This document shows positions 1-9,579 of a stretch of 62,559 nt of DNA, one piece after another. Every line of letters begins with the position of its first letter. Within the stretch, counting starts at the first letter, position 1. The stretch lies in NCBI GenBank assembly GCA_963624615.1, contig CAVFQN010000166.1:1-62559 (forward strand), read 5' to 3'. The position numbers and the translations under genes were made by a program. The notes below the pieces were generated by a model that worked only from the letters and a program-made list of their open reading frames with translations, had not been told where the DNA came from and ran no database searches. This DNA is from Treponemataceae bacterium (GTDB taxonomy: Bacteria; Spirochaetota; Spirochaetia; Treponematales; Treponemataceae).

Positions 1-14
1 GGCCACCAAGCGTG

Positions 15-184
15 GAGCCCCTGCGTAGCAGTCGACCGCAGGCGGAGAACTGGGATGTTTTTTTGGAGGAAATTGATCACCAGGGGGCGGGCGAAGCCCG
101 CCCCCGCTGGGGAACTAAGCAAAGTTCAGACGGCTGAAAGCCTTTCGCCGAGGACGATGAGCGTTAGCGAAGGGCGGAAGGCTT
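15..184. repeat. GC-rich multi-hairpin (REP-like) element, probably truncated by the window start
   Basis: Perfect hairpin GGGGGCGGGC-GAA-GCCCGCCCCC (83-105) and an AAGCCTTTCGCC...GGCGGAAGGCTT stem (138-184) in otherwise AT-rich intergenic DNA. Confidence 0.55.
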
Positions 185-281
185 GTAGGTGTGAAAATTT
201 TGCTGATTTTTTTACTTTCCTGCTATTCTTGTTTTTATAATCTCTTTGCTTTAAATTGGGGTGGCTGACAAAGGGGCTTTT

Positions 282-767
282 ATGAAAACTAATGCAATGC
301 GTATTTTGGATGGGCTTGGAATTCCTTATGAAACGAGTTCTTATGAGGATGACGGTGAACACGTTCTGGAAAAAGGAGCGGCTCTGAGGCTGGCTGAAAA
401 ATTGGGGGTTGACCCGATGACGGTTTTTAAAACTATTGTGATGAGAACTGACAGCAAGGAAATCTGCGTTTTTTGTCAAAGTGCGACTTCGGAGATTAAT
501 CTGAAAAAGGCTCGGAACCTTGTCGGGTGTAAGGAAATTAATCCGGTGAAGCCTGAAGAATTGCTGGCAATTACTGGTTATATTCGGGGTGGATGTTCGC
601 CTTTGGGAATGAAGAGAAAATTCAGGACATTTATTGACGAAACAATCGGACTTTGTGATTTTGTCTGCATCAGTGGGGGGCAAAGAGGTGTGCAGATAAA
701 ACTTAAGCCGGATGATTTGATAAGGGCAACGGACGCCGTGGTGTGTGATTTGGAATTGGTGAAATAG
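282..767 (+). CDS. ybaK: Cys-tRNA(Pro) deacylase, YbaK/EbsC family
   Basis: MKTNAMRILD start, VFKTIV and TGYIRGGCSPLG motifs; AAGGGG RBS before ATG 282. Confidence 0.92.
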   Translation: MKTNAMRILDGLGIPYETSSYEDDGEHVLEKGAALRLAEKLGVDPMTVFKTIVMRTDSKEICVFCQSATSEINLKKARNLVGCKEINPVKPEELLAITGYIRGGCSPLGMKRKFRTFIDETIGLCDFVCISGGQRGVQIKLKPDDLIRATDAVVCDLELVK

Positions 768-840
768 GTAAAATTGGTAAAGAAATTGCGAGGGGACTTT
801 TGAAAAACTCTCTCGAAAATGAATAAAAGTGGGTACGGGT

Positions 841-3624
841 ATGAAAAAATTACAGGAAATTTTGGGTAAAGAGATTTTGTTTTTTGATGGTGGAACTGGG
901 ACTGTTTTGCAGGCAATGGGATTAAAGCCTGGGGAATTGCCTGAGACCTGGAATTACAAGTATCCGGAAAGAATTGTTGAGTTAAATTATGGTTATTACA
1001 AGGCTGGCTCTAACATCGTAAATACTAATACGTTTGGGGCTTTTATCACGAAGTTTCCTTTGGATTTGGAGAAGATTATTGAGGGGGCTATTGATAATGC
1101 GAATGTGGCGAGAGAGAGGATGAAGGGGGAATACCAGGGCGGGGAATTTGGCACCGAGGGCGGAATTGCACTCCAGGGCGGGCGTTTGAGCACCGAGGGC
1201 GAGCGTGGACACCAGGACGAACGTTTAGACACCGAGGGTGGGATTACACACCAGAGCGAACATTTAGCCACCAGGGGCGGGGATTTTGACACAACAGAAA
1301 TCGCCCCATCACAAAACACTAGGTCTGACAATCTTTTTATAGCTTTTGACATTGGGCCAACGGGAAAACTCCTGAAACCAATGGGTGACCTGGATTTTGA
1401 AGATTGCGTCCATCTTTACAAAAAATCTTTTGAAATTGCTTTTAAGAAAAATATTGACTGTGTTTTGATTGAAACAATGAACGATGGTTATGAATCCAAG
1501 GCGGCAGTTCTGGCGGCAAAAGAAACGATGGAAAATCTGGGGGTAAAACTTCCGATTATCGTGTCAAATGTTTATGACAAAGATTGCAGAACTTTGAGTG
1601 GCTCTACACCTGAAACTATGGTGGCTATGCTGGAGGGGCTTGGTGTTTCTGCAATCGGGGTAAACTGCAGTCTGGGGCCTTTAGAAATGAAAGAAACGGT
1701 TCGCAGATTGTGCCAGGCGGCTTCTGTGCCAGTTTTGGTAAAACCAAATGCAGGTCTGCCAAAAGTTCTTGATGGAAAAACTGTTTTTGATGTTGATTCT
1801 GATGATTTTGTAAAGGCGATGATTGAAATTTCGCAGTATGGGCCAGCAATTTTGGGTGGCTGCTGCGGAACTACGCCGGAATATATAAGAAAGTTACGAA
1901 AGGGGATTTGCGATAGCAGAACTGGTGGAGGTGGAATTGGCACATCGGGGGCTGGAATTTGCACTCCAGGTGCGAACTCTGAAACTCCAGGGGCGAAGAC
2001 TAGCCACCAAGTGGGGACTGAAAGTCTGGGACTGACGGGCAGTCACCAGGGCGACTCTGTCATCGGCTGCGTTTCTTCAAACACGCAAATTGTTTATTTT
2101 GGTGGGGAAAATCGGCCGGTTCTGATTGGCGAACGAATAAATCCGACTGGAAAGAAGAAATTTAAAGAGGCCCTCCGAAATGACGATATTCCCTACATCA
2201 TTCATCAGGGAATGGAACAGGAAAAAGCTGGTGCGGACCTTCTGGACGTAAATGTTGGACTTCCGGAAATTGATGAAAAAGAAATGATGATAAAGGTCAT
2301 GACAGAATTGCAAGCGGTGACAAATCTTCCTTTGCAAATTGATACGACTAATCCTCAGGTTATGGAAGCTGCCCTCCGCCGTTACAATGGCAAACCGATG
2401 ATAAATTCTGTAAATGGCAAAAAAGAGATTATGGATCAAATTTTCCCACTGGTAAAAAAATATGGGGGGCTTTTGGTTGCTTTGACGCTCGATGAGGACG
2501 GTATCCCTGAAACTTCTGAAAAAAGAATTGAAATTGCAAAAAAAATCTACAGGGAAGCGGAAAAATACGGTATTCAGAAAAAGGATATTATCATAGATCC
2601 TCTTGCTATGGCTGTTTCTTCTGATTCAAAGGCCGGCCTGGCAACGCTGGAAACAGTTCGGGCAATTAACGAAATGGGAGGGCTGACGAGTCTTGGCATT
2701 TCGAATGTTTCTTTTGGGCTTCCAAATCGCGAATTTGTAACATCATCATTTTTTACTATGGCTATGAATAACGGACTTAGTGCTGCAATCATGAATCCTC
2801 TGCAAATGGAAATGATAAAGGCCTACAAGTGTTTTTGTTTGCTGGCTGGAAAAGATGATAATTGTGTAGATTATATAAATTGGGCAGGTAATGTCGCTGT
2901 AAATCCAAGTCCTGTTTTGCAGGGGGCAGGTAAAGCGGAAAATGCAAAGACGGCGGAAACGACAGCCACAAATTTATCCTCTGAAAATCAATCACAATCT
3001 CCACTTTCTGATGCAATTATTCATGGATTAAAAGATGATGCTGCAAATGCTACCCGGGAATTGCTAAAATCGGTGGATAGTCTTGAAATCATCAACAAGC
3101 ATTTGATTCCGGGCCTGGATTTTGTGGGAAAACGTTTTGAACAAAAAACTATGTATTTGCCCCAACTGCTGATGGCGGCAGAGGCGGCGAAATCTGCTTT
3201 TGCAGAAATCAGGGATTTTATGGAAAAGTCGGGGAAAAAGGGGCAGCAAAAAGGAACTATCATCATAGCGACGGTAAAAGGTGATATTCACGACATCGGA
3301 AAAAACATTGTAAAGGTTTTGCTCGAAAATTATGATTTTGATGTTATTGATTTGGGAAAAGATGTGGCCCCGGAAATTGTAGTGGAAGCCTGCAAAAAAA
3401 ATCAGGTAAAACTGGTGGGGCTTTCGGCTCTGATGACAACCACAGTCGCTGCCATGGAAGAAACAATTAAACTTTTGCGAAAAGAATGTCCCTGGACGAA
3501 AGTTTGCGTTGGTGGGGCGGTAATGACCCAGGAATACGCGGATCAAATCGGGGCGGATTTTTACGGGAAAGATGCAATGGACACTGTAAGGTACGCCTTG
3601 GAATTGTTTGGAGAGAGGGAATAG
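841..3624 (+). CDS. metH: Cobalamin-dependent methionine synthase (Hcy-binding, pterin-binding, cap and B12-binding domains; no AdoMet reactivation domain), with two low-complexity insertions
   Basis: FDGGTGT, GVNC and GGCCGT Zn ligands, IGERINPTG pterin domain, GDIHDIGKNIV B12 motif. Confidence 0.92.
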   Translation: MKKLQEILGKEILFFDGGTGTVLQAMGLKPGELPETWNYKYPERIVELNYGYYKAGSNIVNTNTFGAFITKFPLDLEKIIEGAIDNANVARERMKGEYQGGEFGTEGGIALQGGRLSTEGERGHQDERLDTEGGITHQSEHLATRGGDFDTTEIAPSQNTRSDNLFIAFDIGPTGKLLKPMGDLDFEDCVHLYKKSFEIAFKKNIDCVLIETMNDGYESKAAVLAAKETMENLGVKLPIIVSNVYDKDCRTLSGSTPETMVAMLEGLGVSAIGVNCSLGPLEMKETVRRLCQAASVPVLVKPNAGLPKVLDGKTVFDVDSDDFVKAMIEISQYGPAILGGCCGTTPEYIRKLRKGICDSRTGGGGIGTSGAGICTPGANSETPGAKTSHQVGTESLGLTGSHQGDSVIGCVSSNTQIVYFGGENRPVLIGERINPTGKKKFKEALRNDDIPYIIHQGMEQEKAGADLLDVNVGLPEIDEKEMMIKVMTELQAVTNLPLQIDTTNPQVMEAALRRYNGKPMINSVNGKKEIMDQIFPLVKKYGGLLVALTLDEDGIPETSEKRIEIAKKIYREAEKYGIQKKDIIIDPLAMAVSSDSKAGLATLETVRAINEMGGLTSLGISNVSFGLPNREFVTSSFFTMAMNNGLSAAIMNPLQMEMIKAYKCFCLLAGKDDNCVDYINWAGNVAVNPSPVLQGAGKAENAKTAETTATNLSSENQSQSPLSDAIIHGLKDDAANATRELLKSVDSLEIINKHLIPGLDFVGKRFEQKTMYLPQLLMAAEAAKSAFAEIRDFMEKSGKKGQQKGTIIIATVKGDIHDIGKNIVKVLLENYDFDVIDLGKDVAPEIVVEACKKNQVKLVGLSALMTTTVAAMEETIKLLRKECPWTKVCVGGAVMTQEYADQIGADFYGKDAMDTVRYALELFGERE
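1134..1292 (+). repeat. In-frame degenerate 39-bp tandem repeat (21+18 subunits, about 4 copies) inside metH
   Basis: CCAG(G/A)(G/A)C starts at 1134, 1173, 1212 and 1251; encodes QGGEFGTEGGIAL / QGGRLSTEGERGH / QDERLDTEGGITH / QSEHLATRGGDFD. Confidence 0.85.
1905..2058 (+). repeat. Second in-frame degenerate 21-bp repeat insertion in the metH inter-domain linker
   Basis: 7-aa periodicity GGIGTSG/AGICTPG/ANSETPG/AKTSHQV; GC-rich compared with the rest of the gene. Confidence 0.7.
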
Positions 3625-3707
3625 TGGGCCTGGGAAGGCTGTCTGGAAGGTGGAGGTTCATCCGGAAGGGGTGTAGATTTTCCCCGGGGGCGTTTTTCCC
3701 CTATTTC

Positions 3708-3746
3708 CTCTGAAAAAGCATTGAAAATGATTTTTTAGAGAGGCCC
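3708..3746. repeat. Palindromic repeat family copy (module D)
   Basis: CTCTGAAAAAGCATTGAAAATGATTTTTTAGAGAGGCCC, abutting the TAA of the 3747..5057 gene. Confidence 0.8.
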
Positions 3747-5057
3747 TTAATTAAAAACTTTTCGCCGCCACTCTGATTCCAAATCTGCGATTGGAGTGAC
3801 AACTTCATCATCTTTTTTGGTAATTAAAGATTTTACATAAGGTTCGACAACCATGGATTTGTAACTTTCCCAGCGGGCGGGCAATTGCTCTGGAACGGTA
3901 AGCAGTTGGGCTGGCGGAAGATTTGTCAGAAGATGGGTATAAAAAACAGGCAGAATGTGTTCTGTCACATCTTTTACGGCAGAAAATCCTCCTGCTATAC
4001 CGAATTTTTCTGTTTCGAGATTCAAAAAATTTTTTCGCTCAAGAATTGCCCTTTGATTTTCGCTTTGGAAAAACCAGGTTATGAATTCGGTCGCTCCGAC
4101 AATGTTCTGGGCTTTTCGGTAAATTCCCATCATCGTAAACGAATCTTCAATCGGAAGATTTTTTTTCGAATCAGTTTTATCCTGAATAATCCAGCGATAA
4201 TCAATATTAAAATCCTGATCCTTCATCATCTTAAAAAGCTGGTCGCTGGTCGTATAAGCAAAAAGGGTTCTGCCGGAAGTTACCTGGCGATAATAAGGCA
4301 TAAATAAATATTTGTAGGCAAAATCTTCTTCGGTTTGTGCTGATGTGTTTTCTGTAATCACCCAATCTTTAAGTTCTGCTGCAGCCTGGGTTAAATTTGT
4401 ATCTCGCCAGACGATTTTTCCTTTTTCTTCGTGAAAATCTGCATCATAAATCTTGGTTGCAAGGTACAAAAAATCATTATTACTCAAAGGTGTAAATCCA
4501 ATTTTTGTGTAGGCACCTTTTTTATTTTTCTGATTGAAGGCCGAAGCGGTTTCGCGGATTTGTTTTAAGCTCAAGGTGTAATTATCGGGAATTAAATCCT
4601 TGTAGTCTGTCGAAAAAACAAGGGCAGGAAGATTGAAGCTCACTGGCAGCAAAAACTGAATGCCATTTTTCTGGCCGGCTTTTAAAAGCTGGTTGTAAAA
4701 AATATCGGTGGTGAGTTTTTGGTTATCAAAAATGTAGTTCAAGGAACGGTAATATTTCTGAGGATTATCTGTTCTGAGCCAGGAACCCACGATAATATCC
4801 GGGGAAGCTTCATCCTTTGCAGGCGGAATTGATAAGGCAGGATTTTCTTTGTAAACGAGAACGGCCTGATTATCGCTGTGAGTTTTGTTGAAAAGTTCTA
4901 CGTATTGGGCAAATTCGCTGTTACTAGTCCAAATTACAATTCTGTTTTCTTTATTTATTGCCGTTTTTTGCTGATTGCAAGAAACAAAAAAAATCTGGAT
5001 AAGGGCAAGGAAGACTGTAAAAACTGTTATGGTATTTTTTTTCTGAAAGTTCAACAT
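3747..5057 (-). CDS. Extracellular solute-binding lipoprotein (ABC substrate-binding-like)
   Basis: Signal peptide with lipobox FFVSC; PDIIVG and LLPVSFNLPALVF segments resemble sugar-binding protein family 1. Confidence 0.7.
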   Translation of the reverse strand: MLNFQKKNTITVFTVFLALIQIFFVSCNQQKTAINKENRIVIWTSNSEFAQYVELFNKTHSDNQAVLVYKENPALSIPPAKDEASPDIIVGSWLRTDNPQKYYRSLNYIFDNQKLTTDIFYNQLLKAGQKNGIQFLLPVSFNLPALVFSTDYKDLIPDNYTLSLKQIRETASAFNQKNKKGAYTKIGFTPLSNNDFLYLATKIYDADFHEEKGKIVWRDTNLTQAAAELKDWVITENTSAQTEEDFAYKYLFMPYYRQVTSGRTLFAYTTSDQLFKMMKDQDFNIDYRWIIQDKTDSKKNLPIEDSFTMMGIYRKAQNIVGATEFITWFFQSENQRAILERKNFLNLETEKFGIAGGFSAVKDVTEHILPVFYTHLLTNLPPAQLLTVPEQLPARWESYKSMVVEPYVKSLITKKDDEVVTPIADLESEWRRKVFN

Positions 5058-5072
5058 TGTATCTGAATTCTA

Positions 5073-5113
5073 GGAATTTCTAAAAACCGGATTTTGTGAT
5101 TTTTAGAAATTCC
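5073..5113. repeat. Palindromic repeat family, divergent copy (14-bp perfect stem)
   Basis: GGAATTTCTAAAAA-N13-TTTTTAGAAATTCC, just downstream of the aminotransferase stop. Confidence 0.65.
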
Positions 5114-5121
5114 CCGGAATT

Positions 5122-6399
5122 TTACATAGACTCAGCAATTTTGTAAATGCTTGAGTAAACGGCATCAATCTTATCTTCATCAATACTTGAAAATGCTACG
5201 CGCAAAGTATTTGAATCAATCTGAATAATTCCGATTCCTTCTTCTGCCAGTAATTTTTTTCGGATATCTTCGGCATTGCCAGTTTTTACGTGGAATGACA
5301 TAAAATAACCGGAATTGAATGGAAGAGGTTCCAAAACTTTTGACTGGTGACTGTTTACAAAATTGCGGACTGCATTGTAACGACTCTGCAACATTTTTCG
5401 GAGTTCTTTCTTCTGAGCTTCGTGGGCAGGATCTGTCAAAGCGTGCATTACAAGGCTTTGTGATGGAGTAGAAGAACAAGATACTGAAGAACGGATTGCT
5501 GCCATAAACTTTGTTGTCAAAGCGGTGTATTGAGCCGAGGTGAGATTTTTTGATGCAAATGTTATAAAACCTGCACGGAAGCCCCAGGCAAAATCTTCTT
5601 TTGTCGGACCGTCAGCTTTGATTGCAAGTACGTTTTCGTGAAGATCTGCGAGATATGCGAAAAGTGACTGAGGTTCAATGTCATCTTCGTAGTTCAAGCC
5701 AAAGTATGCGTCATCAGAAAGAACGATGACTTTTTTTCCACTCTCTGCAATTTCTTTTACGATGCGGACAATTTCCGCCGCTTCTGATTTTATAGGACTA
5801 TAGCCTGATGGGTTTTGTGGGAAGTTCAAAATAACACGAACTGAACCGTATTTTTCTGCATCAGCTTTCATTTTTGCTTCCAGGTCGGCTAGGTTGAATT
5901 TTCCGTTTTCAAAACACTTGAACTGGTGGAATTCTGCACCGCGGCGGGCAGAACAAATCAATTCGTAATTATCCCAGCAAGGGTCTGCGGCTAGCAAAGG
6001 TTTATCAACATCAACGAAAATATCACAAACATAAGACAAAACGGCGGTAAGCCCCGGAACCAAAATTGGGAGAGAAAAAGTTTTATCTTTTAATGAAGGA
6101 TTTTTTTCGATAAGTTTCTGTTTCCACATTTCACGAAAATCAGGATTTCCTGCGGTTTTTGCATAAGCAACGGTTTCTTTTGGCATGCTTTTTTTGTAAG
6201 AATCCAATTCGATTGGAGAATTGTTTGCAACTGCCATTCCAATTGTACCGTTTGCAAATTTGGCGTCTTTTGCAGCTTCGCCACCCTGAGAAATAATTCC
6301 GTTTGGAAAATAAAGGCGGATTCCCATATCAGACATGAGACCGTCTACAACAGAACCTTTTAAAGTTTCATTTAAACCTTGTGCTAATGGATTAATCAT
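5122..6399 (-). CDS. PLP-dependent aminotransferase class I/II
   Basis: NFPQNPSG, SDDAYFGL and DGPTKEDFAWGFRAG (PLP lysine) motifs. Confidence 0.88.
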   Translation of the reverse strand: MINPLAQGLNETLKGSVVDGLMSDMGIRLYFPNGIISQGGEAAKDAKFANGTIGMAVANNSPIELDSYKKSMPKETVAYAKTAGNPDFREMWKQKLIEKNPSLKDKTFSLPILVPGLTAVLSYVCDIFVDVDKPLLAADPCWDNYELICSARRGAEFHQFKCFENGKFNLADLEAKMKADAEKYGSVRVILNFPQNPSGYSPIKSEAAEIVRIVKEIAESGKKVIVLSDDAYFGLNYEDDIEPQSLFAYLADLHENVLAIKADGPTKEDFAWGFRAGFITFASKNLTSAQYTALTTKFMAAIRSSVSCSSTPSQSLVMHALTDPAHEAQKKELRKMLQSRYNAVRNFVNSHQSKVLEPLPFNSGYFMSFHVKTGNAEDIRKKLLAEEGIGIIQIDSNTLRVAFSSIDEDKIDAVYSSIYKIAESM

Positions 6400-6408
6400 A
6401 ATGTGGTA

Positions 6409-6437
6409 ATTATGCGGATTTAGACTTAGTTAGTCAA
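6409..6437 (-). promoter_or_regulatory. Sigma70-like promoter of the aminotransferase gene
   Basis: TTGACT-N17-CATAAT on the minus strand, 9 nt before the ATG. Confidence 0.6.
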
Positions 6438-6523
6438 CGATGGGGGAAAATCAGGAGAAAAACAGGGGGACAAGAGGATGGAGAAAAAAAATTGGAAGAT
6501 GACTACACGCGTATGTTTTGAGT

Positions 6524-6546
6524 TTCCGAATCGAGTTCGGAATGAC
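6524..6546. repeat. Short TTCC..GGAATGAC-type palindrome (dRS3/RPE-like)
   Basis: TTCCGAA-TCGAG-TTCGGAA-TGAC; related to 30124-30148 and 41045-41056. Confidence 0.5.
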
Positions 6547-6558
6547 TTTTGCCCTTAT

Positions 6559-6643
6559 GGGAACCTAAAAATTGCAATTTTTTGAGGTAACTTTGAAAAG
6601 GTGCACTTCTAAGTCTTGCTATTTCCAAGACTTAGAGATGCCC
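6559..6643 (+). repeat. Palindromic repeat family copy (modules A+B+C)
   Basis: GGGAACCTAAAAATTGCAATTTTTTGAGGTAACTTTGAAA...TCTAAGTCTTGCTATTTCCAAGACTTAGAGATGCCC. Confidence 0.9.
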
Positions 6644-6684
6644 TTATATTCTACATCACTCAAATTTGTGCTACACTGCCAATC

Positions 6685-7692
6685 ATGATTGCTAATATGG
6701 AAAATATTAAAAAAATCCTGGCTGATTATCACACTGAAGCCGGAAAAAGACTTGTTGGTCAGGAAAATCTTCTTGATGATATATTGATTGCTTTTATAGC
6801 CGGCAGCCACGTTCTTTTGGAAGGGATGCCTGGACTTGCAAAAACTTTGACAATAAAAACTGTTGCAGAACTTTTGGGACTGGATTTTAAGAGAATTCAG
6901 TTTACTCCGGATTTGCTGCCTGCTGATGTTACCGGAACTTTGATTTATGAACAGGGGAAAGGAAGTTTTTCGGTTCGCAAAGGGCCGATTTTTGGGAATA
7001 TCATCCTTGCTGATGAAATTAACCGAGCCCCTGCAAAGGTTCAATCCGCAATGCTGGAAGCCATGGAAGAAAGACAGGTTACGATTGGTGAGCAATCTTA
7101 CAAACTGCCGGAGCCTTTTTTCGTACTGGCGACCCAAAATCCGGTTGAACAGGAAGGAACTTACAATCTCCCGGAAGCGGAATTGGATAGATTTTTGATG
7201 AAGCTTATTATCAATTATCCTGCTGCTGATAATGAAATTCAAATTGTAAAAACTTGCGGAAAAGCCCCATCTGTGCCAGTAAAACAGGTAATCACAAATT
7301 GGGATATTGAAGCGATGAAAACATCGGCTGATAAAATCACTTGTGATGAAAAACTGGTCGAATATATTGTTTCGATTTTGACTGTCACAAGGCCGGAAAA
7401 TTCCAATCACAAGCAGCAAAACGGCAGAACAATTGTAAATACCACAAATACAAATGATATTACCCACTATATTCAGTTTGGAGCTTCTCCTCGAGCTGGA
7501 ATTGCTATGCTTCAAGCTGCAAAAGTCCACGCTCTTTTTGCGGGCCGGGATTTTGTTTTACCGGAAGATATAAAAGCGGTTGCTCTGAATGTTCTTCGTC
7601 ACCGTTTGGTTTTGTCATACGAAGCCGCTGCGGATAATGTTTCTAGTGATGAGATAATTTCGCGGATTTTGGATTTTGTTCCGCTCCCATAA
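6685..7692 (+). CDS. moxR: MoxR-family AAA+ ATPase
   Basis: Walker A GMPGLAKT, RIQFTPDLLPAD, Walker B ILADEINRA, ATQNP, GASPR; the track start at 6616 lies inside a repeat. Confidence 0.92.
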   Translation: MIANMENIKKILADYHTEAGKRLVGQENLLDDILIAFIAGSHVLLEGMPGLAKTLTIKTVAELLGLDFKRIQFTPDLLPADVTGTLIYEQGKGSFSVRKGPIFGNIILADEINRAPAKVQSAMLEAMEERQVTIGEQSYKLPEPFFVLATQNPVEQEGTYNLPEAELDRFLMKLIINYPAADNEIQIVKTCGKAPSVPVKQVITNWDIEAMKTSADKITCDEKLVEYIVSILTVTRPENSNHKQQNGRTIVNTTNTNDITHYIQFGASPRAGIAMLQAAKVHALFAGRDFVLPEDIKAVALNVLRHRLVLSYEAAADNVSSDEIISRILDFVPLP

Positions 7693-7713
7693 ATCACGCA
7701 GATTATATAAGTT

Positions 7714-8601
7714 ATGCAGAAAAGTTACTTAGCCGACAATGATTCGCTACTAAAAAAAGCTTCTTACCTCAGACTGGCTGCCAGAGATTTGGCGGAAGGG
7801 ATGAAATCGGGAAATTTCCGCTCGCTCTACCGCGGTCATGGAATTGAGTTTGAGGGAGTTCGCCAATACATTCGCGGAGATGATATCCGAAGTATAGACT
7901 GGAACGTGACTGCAAGAATGGCAGGTCCTTATGTTAAGATTTTTGAAGAAGAAAGGGAACTGCAGATTTTTATTGTGGTAGATTCGTCGGAATCTATGAG
8001 GCTGGAAATAAATCATAAAACAAAATATTCCCAGGCGGCAGAAGCGGCAGCTTTAATCACCATGGCGGCAGAATTAAATGCCTGCCCGATTGGAGCCGTT
8101 TTTTTTGATGGGGAAATTCATTTTTCCTGCAAACCCCAGATTGATAAAAAAAATATTATGATGATTTTGCAGCATCTGGACAAATTACCAGAAAATCAGA
8201 AAAAAGGTTCAGCTCTTGCCTCTGCACTGACGGGAGCTGGAAAACTTTTGAAAACAAAGTCCCTGGTTTTTGTTTTTTCGGATTTCAGGTCTAGTGATTG
8301 GGAAAAGCCCATTACTGCCTTAGCCCACACAAATGACGTAATTGCGATGAGGCTGCATGATTCTTATGATGACCAGTTACCAGACTTGGGAACTGTCGTT
8401 TTTGAAGATTTGGAATCTGGCTTGAAGATGGATTTGCCGTCATCATCAGAAAATTTCAAAAAAGAATGGAAAAACTACAACAAGTCGCTTACAAACAGGT
8501 GGCGGGATTTTTGCATTAAGCACGGAATTATGCCTGTAACTTTGGACACAAAATCGGAAGCCCTGCAGGTTTTAAATCAGACTTTTTCAGGGACGAGGTA
8601 G
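7714..8601 (+). CDS. DUF58 / vWA-like protein of the MoxR operon
   Basis: GIEFEGVRQYIRGDDIRSIDWNVTAR, VDSSESM and FSDF motifs. Confidence 0.9.
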   Translation: MQKSYLADNDSLLKKASYLRLAARDLAEGMKSGNFRSLYRGHGIEFEGVRQYIRGDDIRSIDWNVTARMAGPYVKIFEEERELQIFIVVDSSESMRLEINHKTKYSQAAEAAALITMAAELNACPIGAVFFDGEIHFSCKPQIDKKNIMMILQHLDKLPENQKKGSALASALTGAGKLLKTKSLVFVFSDFRSSDWEKPITALAHTNDVIAMRLHDSYDDQLPDLGTVVFEDLESGLKMDLPSSSENFKKEWKNYNKSLTNRWRDFCIKHGIMPVTLDTKSEALQVLNQTFSGTR

Positions 8602-8610
8602 GAAAAAAAT

Positions 8611-9579
8611 ATGGCTACAATTCAATCTCAACAAATCCTCCTGCCAAAAAAAGTTTACATTGGCGACACTGCAGAACTCCGTTGTCCTTTTAATTCTGAC
8701 GAAGTGATTTTTAGCCAGCTGACTATGAATGGGCCGGTAGAAATTACGATAGAAGTTTTTACAAAAGAATTGGATGCCCAGGATTTTGAAATTCTGCACT
8801 TAAATCTTGAAAAAATCGGGGAAAATTATTTTCAGCTGGAAGTCACTTTTAAGCCCTGGAAAACTGGAACTGTCATTTTTCCGCCGGCAAAAATCGGGGA
8901 AACGGAAATTATTTTTGAACCTGTGAATGTTGTTTCAATCATAGAACAAAACTCCATCACTTCGCTAAAAGAAAACACTTCTCCCCTCCTGCTTCCGGGA
9001 ACGACCTACAAGGTTTATGGGGCAATCATCATTTTTATAATTTTGCTGGTTGTGATTATCCGGCTGATTGTAAAACGCAAAAAACTGGCCTTTTTTATTC
9101 AAACCAGAAAACTTTTACGAAAATACAAAAAAAACAGGAAGATTACGGTCAAAAAACTCAGGCAGCTGGTTTTGGCGGCTGAGGACGAAAATTCTGGAAA
9201 AATTTCTGATAAGGATTTTGCAACGGAATTCCAGCATATTTTGCGAAATTATATGGAAGTTCGTTTTGATTATCCTTTTACAAAAAGTGCAAGTTCTGAA
9301 CTGATGAAAGGATTTTTTGCGGCAACAAATCACATTTTGTCAACAGAAAAGGAAGAAGCTTTTGGGGATATTGCAGCAAGTTTTATCAGGACTGATTTTG
9401 TCCGCTACAGTGAAAATGGACTTTTTAGAGATGGCGAAAAATCAGAAATTGTAAAAAATGTGATAGGAAAAATTGAGATTTTGGAAAGGTGCGAGGAGAA
9501 AGCAAGTGGGGATTTTGACACCACCGCAGACGAAAAGTCTCCTGCCGCCCCAACCCACCAGGAGGTCAAAAATGCCTGA
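8611..9579 (+). CDS. Bat-operon membrane protein (BatD/DUF4381-like), single TM helix
   Basis: Lies between DUF58 and the vWA gene; Ig-like N-terminus, TM followed by basic residues, C-terminal DFVRYS motif. Confidence 0.6.
   Translation: MATIQSQQILLPKKVYIGDTAELRCPFNSDEVIFSQLTMNGPVEITIEVFTKELDAQDFEILHLNLEKIGENYFQLEVTFKPWKTGTVIFPPAKIGETEIIFEPVNVVSIIEQNSITSLKENTSPLLLPGTTYKVYGAIIIFIILLVVIIRLIVKRKKLAFFIQTRKLLRKYKKNRKITVKKLRQLVLAAEDENSGKISDKDFATEFQHILRNYMEVRFDYPFTKSASSELMKGFFAATNHILSTEKEEAFGDIAASFIRTDFVRYSENGLFRDGEKSEIVKNVIGKIEILERCEEKASGDFDTTADEKSPAAPTHQEVKNA

Noticed and set aside
1134..1292. metH insertion as an intein or a DGR variable region
   Set aside because: No C/S...HN intein termini; no reverse transcriptase or adenine-specific template/variable repeat pair
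6619..7530. 303-aa antisense ORF over moxR, and similar shadow ORFs (126..683, 20364..21032, 30649..31290)
   Set aside because: They largely overlap well-supported genes on the opposite strand and show no recognisable motifs
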